A stretch of 20,000 nt of DNA from Chiloscyllium plagiosum (taxonomy: Eukaryota). The DNA lies in assembly GCF_004010195.1 (NCBI RefSeq), contig NC_057711.1, forward strand, positions 78,080,630-78,100,629, given 5' to 3'. Positions 1 through 10,896 of this stretch are shown one piece after another. Each line of letters begins with the position of its first letter. The first letter of the stretch is position 1. The notes beneath the pieces are model-generated. The model searched no databases. It saw only the letters and a list, made by a program, of their open reading frames with translations, and had not been told where the DNA came from. Position numbers and translations under genes: made by a program.

Positions 1-210
1 TAAACAGTGGCAGCGATGTACACCAAATACAAGATGTACTGCAGCAACTCAACAAGGCTCCTTACACACTTTTTGAATCCATGACCTCTACCATCTAGGA
101 CAAGGACAGCAGGTACATGAGAAGACCGCATTCTGCAACTTCCCCTCCAACCACATACTATCATTGCTGTTGGATCAACATCCTAACAGTACTATATAGG
201 TGTATCTAAC
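1..210 (+). mobile_element. Decayed 3' fragment of a CR1-group non-LTR retrotransposon, same family as 18075-19465
   Basis: Loosely matches the reverse complement of about 18130-18370 (e.g. acaagatgtactgcagcaactc and tgcaacttcccctccaa versus cattgtatcttgtagatggtac and tggaagggagacttgca). Boundaries approximate. Confidence 0.55.
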
Positions 211-559
211 ATTACAATATTTATACAAGCTAAGACAGTGCCAAAACATAATGACCTCATCTTGCCATTAAATATGAATGGAATTAAGTTGCATGAATGG
301 TATTTACCATTTTTCAGCCCAAGACTCATTATTGTTTAAATCTCACTGTTGATACACAAATTGGTTGCTCCATTGAGCTATTGTAATGGTTTCACATATG
401 AAATATTTCAGATATATCACAAAATGTAAGAAGCTACATTTATTCTGAGTAAATTTCACCTCATCGTCTGTGACCTAATTAAGCTGTTTAGAATTACAAG
501 AGTTTTATTTGAGGATACATTGACTATAGTGGCAAGAGAATGAGTATTTTGTCGCCATG

Positions 560-736
560 AATTTAATTAGTTTAGAAAAAGGATAGATTTTAAAAATGCA
601 GGAGGTTAGGATATGGAATGTTCAGCCTGAAAGGAGAGTGATAACAGATTCAATTTTTCCTTTAATAAGGGCATTGATAATACTTGCCATTGGCTGGAAC
701 TAATTGGATAGCTTTTACAAAAGGCTTTAGGGTCAC
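560..736 (+). mobile_element. Old CR1 3'-end remnant
   Basis: ggaggttaggatatggaatgttcagcctgaaagg resembles the CR1 ORF2 C-terminal RVV..WN.LP motif, followed by tail-like sequence. Highly diverged. Confidence 0.4.
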
Positions 737-747
737 AATATGCAGAA

Positions 748-1623
748 TGTTAAAAATCACAACACATTATAGTTCGGAAGCAGTAGCTTTCAGAGCATTG
801 CTCGTTCATCAGGTGGTTGTGGAGTATAAGATCATAAGACAAAGAATTTATAGCAAAAGTTTACAGTGTGATGTAACTGAAATTTTATATTGAAAAAGAC
901 CTGGATTGTTTAAGTCGCTCATCTTTTGGAATGGGCATGTTGGTTTCAGTTCTTTCATATGTAAATACCTGAACTTAAAGTTACATTCTCAAGTGAACTT
1001 TAACAGTGGTGCCACATTGACCCAGATAATGCACTGAAGGAGTGAGGCTGTCTGTGCTCCAGACTGATTCTTATCTAAAGGGATGCACAGAATCTTACAT
1101 GGATTCATGCAGATTTTGAGCAAAATACAATGTAATTTTCAAGTACAAATTCACCCCACAAACTTGCGTGCGTGGGGGAGAAATGTGTGTGGAGTCTAAA
1201 GGGGTATAAGTCTGTGCAAAGGTGCATGTGGGAACTTAGAAGAGAGCTTGTCTATGAGACAGGGTCTGTGCATGTAGTGCAGTAGGGTCACCTGTAGTGT
1301 GATATGAACCCAAGGTTGAGGCCATCCCCATGTGTACTGAACTTGGCTGTCAGCCACTTTGTGTTGTCACTTGACCCAAAGTCTGTCTTGGAAGATGGTC
1401 ACCCGAAGGTCTGAGGTAGAATGTTCCGGACTGCTTAAGTGTTCTCCGAGTAGGAGGAAACTCTCCTGTTTGTTAATTGTTGTGCAGTGTCCATTCATCC
1501 GTTGCTGTAGCCTCTGCTCGGTCTCAATATATACAATGCCTCAGGGCATCTTTGCCTGCAGCGTATTAGATAGACAATACTGCTAAGTCAAATGAGTACC
1601 TGTCACAATCATGGTGGGAGATG
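748..1623 (-). mobile_element. 5'-truncated Penelope-like element with GIY-YIG endonuclease remnant and 3' terminal region
   Basis: Minus strand 1578->1288 reads IVYLIRCRQRCPEALYI/ETEQRLQQRMNGHCTTINKQESFLLLGEHLSSPEHSTSDLRVTIFQ...AKFSTHGDGLN, a GIY-YIG domain with frameshifts and stops. Flanked by a perfect 11-bp direct repeat AATATGCAGAA (737-747, 1624-1634). Confidence 0.85.
784..812 (-). ncRNA. Degenerate minimal hammerhead ribozyme motif (AGCU-palindrome type)
   Basis: Minus strand reads CUGAUGA-A-CGAGC-AAU-GCUCU-GAAA-GC-UA. Both core boxes are present, but the stem II closing pair and the first stem I pair are mismatched. Confidence 0.55.
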
Positions 1624-2034
1624 AATATGCAGAAGGGATTTCTTCATCCATGAGTCTGATTTACATTTTCATTCTGCCTAGGCAAATGATGTTATGCATC
1701 TGGGTTACCCCAGCAAATAGGTGAAATTAGGTACTTGTGGTTAATAGTGTGTTCATGGTATATTGAGGCTGTAACACAATGGTAATACTGTTTAAATGCT
1801 CATGTAATTAAGTGAACACATTCCTGCATTTCAAGTTTAAATTACTTATCATTAAAGAACTTTTAGAGGTATTGCATAAAGAGAATGACCCAGGGCACTT
1901 CACATAGAGCTGGATCAAATATCTCCTAAAAGGGGTAGATATTTATGGAATCTGTAAGAGTTGGAAAAGTGCTGTTAAGACTGCTGTCAGATCAACTGCG
2001 ATCTTATTGAAAGGCAAGGCAGGCTAGAAAGAAC

Positions 2035-2126
2035 CTTTTGCCCAAAACGGTGATTTTACTGCTCCTTGGATGCTGCCTGAACTGCTGTGCTCTTCCTGCA
2101 CCATTAATCCAGAATCTAGTTTCCAC
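2035..2126 (+). mobile_element. Short Penelope-like terminal fragment
   Basis: gcccaaaacggtgattttactgctccttggatgctgcctgaactgctgtgctcttcc resembles the reverse complement of 19515-19575. Flanked by the 11-bp direct repeat CTAGAAAGAAC (2024-2034, 2127-2137). Confidence 0.7.
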
Positions 2127-2139
2127 CTAGAAAGAACTT

Positions 2140-2540
2140 TCAGCCTGTTCCACCATAGCAGATCTATGGACCAAAGTATTAACTTTCTAATAATCCTGCA
2201 CCGATTCCCATTTTGGAAGAGTTTCAAATATTTTCCATCATTTGTGTATAAAAGTGCTTCCCAAAATCTCTCCTGAATGATCTAACCCTAATTCTCAGAG
2301 TGGAGGGCACAGTTTCAGGCTCCCAAACAGTGCAAATAGCTTAGCTTTGTCTTTTCCTATGAATATCTTTAAGACTTGGATCAGATCACCTCTTAACCTT
2401 CTCAAGAAAACAGGTCTAATCTCTCCTCAAACATAAACCCTGAAGTCTAGGTATCATTCTTGTAAACTTACATTGTAATCCCTACAAGGCCAATATATTT
2501 TTGAGGTGTAATGCCAGTATCTGCTGACAGTACTCAAAAG
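2140..2540 (-). mobile_element. Old CR1 ORF2 3' remnant
   Basis: gatcagatcacctcttaacctt reads RLRGDLI on the minus strand. cattcttgtaaa and cagtactc match the FTRM and EYC motifs seen in the younger CR1 copies in this window. Confidence 0.5.
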
Positions 2541-2736
2541 GAGGAAATGCCGGTGGTTAGGGCCTTGGCTGCTGTCGACATGACAATCAATTCAGAGTGT
2601 GCATTAAACTATAATTGAGGAGCATGGTGGAATTGAGAAGATCAGAGATAGAGTTGATGCTTAAATAACAAAATGTATCATTTTAAAAAAACTTAAATAA
2701 TACTAAGTGTAAATATCTCAACACTTTTGTTCCCAG

Positions 2737-2799
2737 TGGATTCTGACAAAATTGCAAGAAGTGCGAGAAAGAGGAGTACGTGATCATCCAAAGACATGA
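2737..2799 (+). CDS. VPS13A: Terminal coding exon of VPS13A (chorein, bridge-like lipid transfer protein)
   Basis: Acceptor acttttgttcccag|TGG, then WILTKLQEVRERGVRDHPKT*. This matches the recalled human C-terminus WILTKLQEAREPSPSL. The convergent position next to GNA14 matches human synteny. Upstream exons were not found in the window. Confidence 0.85.
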   Translation, partial: WILTKLQEVRERGVRDHPKT

Positions 2800-4855
2800 A
2801 TGATACAGGAAGTATTATGAATTTTGTAAAACAATCATGAAAAATAGCTAGATTTTCAACTATTACTAAATGAGTTAAATTCACACAAACAGTGTTGTAC
2901 ACAAATATTTAGAATTAGCTAAAGTATTGGATGTCCAAGTTTAATAATTAAGAAATTGGACATTGTTTTGCATCCATACAGCTATTGTATTTAATGGCTG
3001 AATTATCTGTCCTGAATTTTCAGATGTTAGACTGTCGCATAGAGTAGAAAGCTCACTTCCATAGGCCTTCGTGTTTAATCTATTCACATGACTCAAAGGT
3101 TGGTCCAAAGGAAAGCACTACACTACCAAGTGCCACACAATACATTCAACAACACAGATGTGCCAATGACTTTCTTCACTGCAGTGCTTTGAAAGTTACT
3201 TTTGTGTCACTGGTCAGTTTGAAATATCCAGATATTTGACACATTAAAAACTCAATGATCCATTAGTGTATTTTAGTACAAGATGACACCACCTGGAGTT
3301 TAATTATTTCCAGTCAACACTAAACAAATAGTAGAGTGTTAGCTTGGCTGTTAATCAAATACCCAAGATCCTCCAGTTATATTCCATTACATTCAGAAGA
3401 TTCACATTCTTGTAAATATTTAATCATGCTCATCAGCACATGAAATTGTTACTTATGTACTCAGACCATTAAGAGGATAGATGCTGGAGTATTAATATTC
3501 AATCCACTTTCTTGCAAACATAATGCACTGAAATTTAAACAACTATGGAGTCTCCACAGATCCAGACAAATCTTTGCTTAATACAAGGTCGTTTTTAATC
3601 ATGACAAATTTGAACACAGGGCTTAATTTTCAAATTTTTAGTATGACAAAACTGCTAGATATTTCAGACTTCATGCTCCAAATCATATGCATTTTCTACT
3701 TTGTTCGATACTAGTATATTCCTGAAGTACATGTGTTGCTGAATCTATTTACATATACCACTCAATACAATTAATGTATGAATGTAATCACCCCATAGAA
3801 TAACTATAAATAATTTCTAATCAGTGATGAATCTTTTGTTTGTAATTGATCATGCTCATGGCTAACTGTTTTTAAGTTCCTGCCTTTGATATTATAATGT
3901 TAATATGCAATTTTCTACAAAACTTCCAATTATGTCAATGCACTGTATAATCCAAAATGTTTACCATGTTTGCAGAGAACTTATAGTATGCATTTTAATG
4001 TTATGTGTAATTGTTAAACGTTATGCAGCAACTATGCCATGTTACCTCCAAAAGAAATGCTGACCTTGAAAATGGTAGCATTTGGGAAGGGATGGGGGAG
4101 TCATGGGAGTAAATTTTACAGTCTGTACCAATTTTAAAAACCTGTGTGTTTCCAAATTCATGGTGTTATTTTGAGTGATATTTTTCTTTTAAAAAATTCT
4201 TAAGCACTAACAAGTAAAAGCATAATACCATTCGAAATTGCAGTATGCCCCTTCATAAACTTCACCTGGATACAGCTGTTTAAAAAACAAAATGGAGATT
4301 AATCTTATGGAAGCATGATAGAAGGCAGTGATATTGTTCCAAGGAAAAGATCTTATTCAAATTTTGTTTGAAAATACAGAAATATACTCGGGTAGCAGAA
4401 ATTAATTTTTTTTTAATGTGAATTGTGTTATCTAAGAGGCTCAAAAAATCCACTGTACATATTAAATGCAAGGTAGCTATAAATGGATATAATACCTGAA
4501 TGTAATGTCTTGAAAGTTGACAGTTCTGCTCATAGTTTAAATGGAGTTTTGGATTGTCGCTAATGATGAAACAATAGTAACATAAAAAGCTACTTTTTAA
4601 ATACAGCCTAATTTATAAGTTCTAAGTTCTATGACGAAGGCTGGAGTTTACAGTTCTTGACACAACCCTTGACTGTAAAATTTGGGCCTGGGAGGACACT
4701 CACTCTAAGCCTCAAATTGGTCCACAAAGATTTGACTGGCTCTGGTATTCGGATTGCGCTTCACATTTAGTACCACTTCTAGAGATTGGCAGGTCCAGCT
4801 ACAGCAAACCCGACCTAACATTTTCAAAAAGGAAATTATATGGTTAAAAGTATGG

Positions 4856-4861
4856 AATAAA
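4856..4861 (+). promoter_or_regulatory. Candidate polyadenylation signal for VPS13A
   Basis: First AATAAA I noticed downstream of the VPS13A stop. ATTAAA variants occur earlier, so this is motif evidence only. Confidence 0.2.
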
Positions 4862-7469
4862 GACAAAATAACATCTACATTTTTTTAAAAAGTCATAAAT
4901 TCAAGAAGTTTAGAATCTGACTCCTTGAACATTTAAAAGTGAATTTTCAGCACATGTAAAAAGGGCAGTACATACTCAGTTATTTAAAACTGGGTTTTTC
5001 TTTGAGTAATAATAACCAAAAGTGTGTAAAAGGTTGAAGTTCTGTGATAATTTGCTGATTAAAAAGTGGAATAATGCATCATTCTCACAACAGCAACTTC
5101 AGGATTTCTATGTTTAACTACATGTTGAAAATGGCAGAAGTTGCTATGAGTTTTACAGTGACACTGTTAAACAGCAGCAGTTTCACGATGATCATAACTA
5201 CACATTCCAGACCAATTATTGAGATCTTGGGTCCATTGCCTAGAAAATTGACATTTCCTGATATGGTTGAAAGGTAGATGCATGCACATGCAACCAACTG
5301 TTCAGCAATGGGAGAGAGTATAATATCCACTTCATGTGTATTAGCAGAGAATCGATGATAGAAGAATAATTTAATTGTATCTTCTGCTTGGAATGCTATT
5401 TTAACTTTATGAATTCTCTGACCCTCATACTCATTCAAAAAAATCTCATTTTTGCTCACGAGTCTAATGTCTTGCATATCACAGTTGATAATATGCAAGT
5501 TCATAGTCATTCACATTTTCTTCAGCATAGCTATTCTGTAGTGTCTTAAACCAACCTCATCTTTTGGACCATTTGTGGGAACCTGCCTTCCAAAGTTTGA
5601 TTCATTCAGCCATGAGCAAAAGTAAATTATTTAAGATGCCCATATACTTATGGGATACTTACAAATGGGTTTATTTCAATAGTTAATTGAAACAGCTAAA
5701 ATATGCATTAGGTCAAGGGTAAAGTCAAAATTGGAAACAAAATTCATATTCCTCTGAAATGAAACAATACAGAAGTCTTTTGTTAGATAATTAGATCTGA
5801 TGGAGGTTTTCAATATCTTCACTTGTTCATTTTTGACAGATTTATTTTATTGAATGTTGGCTAGTTAAAATAGCTAATTGAAAAGATCTATTACAAGTGA
5901 AAAAAAACTTTAACAAAAAACTGAACTCTAGCTTGTTTGATACAAAGCTATTCTAGGTATCTATTTGGCCAAGGTTTGCTTCTTTGGAATTCTGTAACCA
6001 GGAAGAGGAACAGATAACTCAGTATTATACATGAGCTGAAGCATAAGTACCAATGTTATCTCTACTCAGCCTTGTATTTGAGTAATTGGGTAAACCTAAA
6101 ATATTTGCACCATGAAATGCCTGTTATTGGAAATTGTAACAAGGCATAACCTTAACGGTACTTTACTTTTATAGAGACTAACCTTACAGACTGATCATTA
6201 TTTTACTAAAATTTATCATGGACATGTAATTTCTAACAATGTGAAATTGTGAAGTAATATTTTGTTTTCAGTGCTGCTTTTGTTTGAGCTTTTCTTTAGC
6301 TTTGCACACAGTACCATTGCACCAATGGTAAGTTGATTTTTTAAAAATGTATGGATGCAGATTGTTGAATAAAAGTGTACTGCCCTCTCGTCTATTATTC
6401 TTCGATATTCAAGAAAAACTGGAATGAATTTAAACTCCATACAGTTAAGGGGAAAAAAAATCATCCACACAAAGTAGAAAGGGTACTGTAACAGTGAGTC
6501 AATGCCACTTACCCAAACAGTCTGAGAAGGACATGGTCTCGTTACTTTAGTCTTCATGCAGGAGAGAATTGTAAACATTGCATCATTCAAAGTATTTTAC
6601 ATAATACATTATTCAATTATTTTTCCCCATGGTTGTGACTTGGTACCAACTCAGTAGAATATTTGTTTTAGTTTAAGACTATGCAAAGGAAACTTGGAAT
6701 TTTAAATTGTCCCTAGATATGAATAACCAGGACCCTGAGAGAATGTCCGAATAGATGCATTGAAGCTTTTCTGGTTGGATAAGGATTTGATGCCATTAGG
6801 AACCTGCATGGTCAACAGGAATTAAGCCAAGATTGAAACAAGGGTACCATGGCATTTTTACATTTAACTTCATAAGAATAGACCTTTATATTAAAAAAAA
6901 AACCCATTCAGCCAAAACAAAGAGATAGTCTCAACAGCAGTAAAACCCATATGTGGACTCACCATCCCAGTTTATGAATTTCCATCACATTTTAATAGAT
7001 ATCATTCATTCAGCACTCATTTGGGTACTACAGTCTCAGAAGCCTATTCTGATGCTATTAATTGATCAAGGATTTACCGATCCTTGATCCTCATTATAAA
7101 AGATTAAGTCACCAGTCACCTTACAGAAAGATCCCAAGGCTGCAGTGCTCTTTAAAAAAAAATACTCCTGTAATCTGTGTTATAACAACTTGGCCAGATA
7201 AAAGTACAGGACAGGTTTAGTAACCAAATAGCAAACCCTTTCAGTCAACCACAGAATTACAATATTGGACTTTAGCCTTTATTATTTCCAAGTACTGGAG
7301 ACTTGCCAGTTCTTTCTCACTGGTGTAATATGAATTCCAGTTCACTTTGGTTCCAAAACTCAAAGCTTTACATTGGACAAGATTCAATGTAATGCTGTAG
7401 AAATATACTTGTACACTTATGTTTGAAAGTAACTATTCTCCCTAAAGTTACTTATACTGAGTGTGCACA

Positions 7470-7486
7470 TTTATTCACGTTTTAAT
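7470..7486 (-). promoter_or_regulatory. Candidate distal polyadenylation signals for GNA14
   Basis: Minus strand has ATTAAA (7481-7486) followed closely by AATAAA (7470-7475). Motif evidence only. Confidence 0.25.
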
Positions 7487-8623
7487 CGAACAATGACTGC
7501 ACTATTTAACAAAAAAAAGGAAATCCTTTGCTTCAAATGGTATTCACAAAATACAAACTGTAAATTAACAGTGAGTTCATTTCATTGTAATCCAAATAAT
7601 TAATAGGACAATTGATGGCTTAGTGTAGACTTTACAGGTTGGGGTAAATTGGATAACTGAAACTGAAGAATGAAGTTTGTGTTTAATTTCAGTTTAAAAC
7701 AGCAGCATTACCAGTTATGAAACATCTTTAACTTCAAAGTACAGATCAGTTAATTAATGACCAAAATACAATACAATAGAAAAATCCTAACAATCTTTGA
7801 TGTCAGATTTTAACAGTTGCAATTTATAGGCTTTTAAATTCGAAGGGTGAAATATACATATTAAGCTAATTTTAAACAATAAAACAAAATGAGTGTGATA
7901 TAGCTGAAACAAGGATATTAAAAGTGCATTTAAGATTTCATCCTTCTGCTATCTATTTTAGCACCTTCTGAAAACATGGTATTTGGCCATTATTATTGGC
8001 AGCAGCATTCTGCCTGGCACCTATTGCTCAACTTTTAAAATTGTAGTACGTACAGATAGGCTTCAATTTATAGCTCCTGAAATAAAATTATTTATCCAAA
8101 TTAAATAATTGATTCCCAGATTGAAAATTTGCAAATTTAGTTTCTCAAGATTAGAAATTCCTGCTTCAGTCAAGTGGCTTTCTCCAAATGCAAGGGCCTT
8201 TTGGCTGTCACAGTGTGCATAACTTAATATGATGAATTGATACCAAATTACCTGCTCAAGTACACACTGCAAATTAATTTAAATCAAATCCTAGTGAAGG
8301 TATTGTTAATTCCTTTCACAAATTTGAAAAGATGCATAATTTATGAACACCAAAGGAGGACATATTATATAATCATTCTTCACACAAGTTAAACTCAACA
8401 ATAATGTGCAGAAACACATTTGTCCGTATATCCATTTTCCCAAATCCCACTTGTCTATGTTGCCCGTCTCTACTAATATTTAGAATGGTGTCCTCTATAT
8501 GGAGTTTTAATTTGGTTTCTTTAAAATGTCTATAAAATTGAAGAATTCAAGAAAAAATAAGAAAACACAACCTTTACTGCTTTAAACTAGTGATTCAGAC
8601 TATGTTGCTCCCCGCAAGGATTA

Positions 8624-8800
8624 GGAGAAAGTGAGCACTGCAGGTGCTGGAGATCAGAGGCGAGAGTGTGGTGCTGGAAAAGCACAGCAGGTCAGGCAAC
8701 ATCCGAGAAGCAGGAGAATCGAAGTTTCAGGCATAAGCCCTTGATTGGGATTCCTGATGCTTCCTGACCTGCTATGTTTTTCCACCACCACACACTCTAA
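8624..8800. mobile_element. Penelope-like terminal fragment with internal inversion (fold-back)
   Basis: 8624-8742 is homologous to 19467-19585, and 8756-8798 is the reverse complement of 8663-8703. Flanked by CCCC(G/A)CAAGGATTA at 8610-8623 and 8801-8814. Confidence 0.8.
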
Positions 8801-9623
8801 CCCCACAAGGATTATGCAGCTGGCATCCAATTCTTAGGAATGTAACATTACAGAAAGCACTAATGACAAAAGTGGCTAACATTGCAGACTGACTTCACTC
8901 AGATGCATCACTCCTGTCATATTCAGAAGGGATATCACAGCAAAAGCAAGCCTTTATATAAATGATGTTCAAATTCAAGGCACGGTATTTTAACATTCAA
9001 AGACAATTACCTATTGCATAATGTGTAAAAACTCAAAGGTAAGAGTATTGGTCTTTAAAAATTCTTATAATCTTTAACTGTTCATAAAATATATCAGTGA
9101 GAAAAGCTTTAAAATCAAAATGCAATTATATAGCAGAATTGTGCATTACAAATTATATCTCAACTTCAAAACAAGTGATTACTTACCTAACTCTCCAAAA
9201 TGTCGAAACACCTGTACAGTCTTTTACAATTATTGATACTACATTATTCCAACAAATAATATCCCTTTTTGACCAAGATAAATAATTTTCAAAGCTAGAA
9301 AAGATGCAATATATATAGAATACATATTTACAGTTGTCTGTAAGCATTTAAACATGATGTACCTAGGTATAATTTCGATGGTAATAATAATAGAATAAAT
9401 AAAATCCTGTGGAGTGGATCCACCTATCCTTTGCAAGTCTATGAAAGCACAAACATCGAAGCAGACTGGAATTTTTCTACAATTTAAACTTGTAAGCATT
9501 TCATTGTTCACAAATGGAATGAGCAACTTATGTTTTAATAGCTTGAATAAAAACATTTTACACTAGCCCAACAAGAATCATTCTGGAATCTGTTGTGCTA
9601 ATACTTAAAATTCCTTTCCTGTT

Positions 9624-9668
9624 TTTATTATATTTTGCAACTCATTCAATATTCATAATATGTTTATT
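9624..9668 (-). promoter_or_regulatory. Candidate proximal polyadenylation signals for GNA14
   Basis: Two minus-strand AATAAA (9663-9668, 9624-9629) about 700 nt after the stop codon. Motif evidence only. Confidence 0.3.
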
Positions 9669-10368
9669 CTACATTGCTGTCATTAAAAGCAATAATTAAT
9701 GTCAGTATTTTAACTATTGAAAACATCTGTAGTTAATCTATGCTACGATTCTAAATGGATCAAATCAGAATAAATCTCAAAGGAAATCAAAGTATTTGTT
9801 TTGTACACCGTTTACTCTCAATTAAAATTCCTCTGCATGTTAAATGCAACCCATCCAGTAGTCATCATGGGAATCAAAAAGTTATTTTGTACCCTTTATT
9901 ATCGATAATGTTTGCATTCAGTAAACCTCTGGATTCTTGGAATGCCACATATACTTTTGACACAGAGATATGTAAAACTAGATTTGGGAGCAGTTACTAT
10001 TACAAAAGTTGTAAAACAACCACCTTTGGAAAACATTTAGGTCCATTTCAACATGACCCAATTCCCAGCAATTTTTATTATAAAAACACCTCAGTTAAAG
10101 CTTTAAACATCTGTGCAAATCCTTTTTCAGAAATGTGTAGAAAACCGCAGCTTTTTTTTTGCAAATAGAAAAACTGTGAATGAAAAATTCTGAATAGAAC
10201 ACAGAAGTGATGTATCTGCAGTGTCAATACCAAGCTCGCTTTAAAACTGGACACAAATTCCTAAGTGTAGCTTACAGATAAAGTACAACAGAGTTGTCAA
10301 GTAAAAGCAGACAGCTTGACAAAAAGTATCGAGTGATGTGAAGCTGGTTCTTGCTGCTGGTCTGTCCT

Positions 10369-10559
10369 TTATACCAGGTTAAATTCCTTCAGGTTTAGCT
10401 GTAAGATAGTGTCCTTGACAGCAGCAAAGACAAACCGTATATTCTCGGTGTCTGTGGCACATGTGAAGTGAGAGTAGATGACCTTTTCTTTATCTGGATT
10501 CTGATTTTGATAAGTTTTCAAGATGAAATCACAAGCAGCTGTGGGATCTTGTTGAGGAC
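10369..10559 (-). CDS. GNA14: G protein subunit alpha-14, last coding exon (exon 7 by Gq-family numbering)
   Basis: Acceptor cttctaag|GT in phase 1. The 191 nt encode (G)[62 protein letters not shown]. Contains the TCAT G5 box. EFNLV and NPDKEKVIY point to GNA14 rather than GNAQ/GNA11 (EYNLV). Confidence 0.93.
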
Positions 10560-10896
10560 CTTAGAAGCATCAGATTTACATCAGTCACAATATGATATAT
10601 TATTAAAGCATCATTAAATCAAACAATAAGCACAAATTACAATCAGTTCCTCAAACACAGATCTGGGCAACCTGCCTCAATACAGTTTAAAAATGAAAAG
10701 AAATAACATTCAACAACACAAAAGACAAATCATGCCAAACCAACCTAGAGCAATAATTAGCAAACCTAAGAACGCTGAATTGTCTTCAATTAAACATTGT
10801 AGAAAACCAAGTCAGAACAGGCTATAATCAAACTATATACCAAATATCAGATCTCACAGCAACAACATTTGTTCCAGTCTAATTAATCAAGGCACA

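Noticed and set aside
2693..2902. 69-aa minus-strand ORF
   Set aside because: Antisense shadow over the VPS13A terminal exon.
3170..3195. CAGTGC as an iron-responsive element loop in the VPS13A 3' UTR
   Set aside because: The flanks do not form the required 5-bp upper stem with a bulged C.
5074..6590. ORFs 5074-5277, 5118-5510 (130 aa) and 6216-6590 (124 aa) as novel genes
   Set aside because: No recognisable motifs. The composition reflects AT-rich non-coding DNA, and ORFs of this length are expected by chance.
9097..10168. ORFs 9097-9285, 9239-9556 and 9755-10168 (137 aa)
   Set aside because: They fall in the presumed GNA14 3' UTR region and resemble no protein I recognise.
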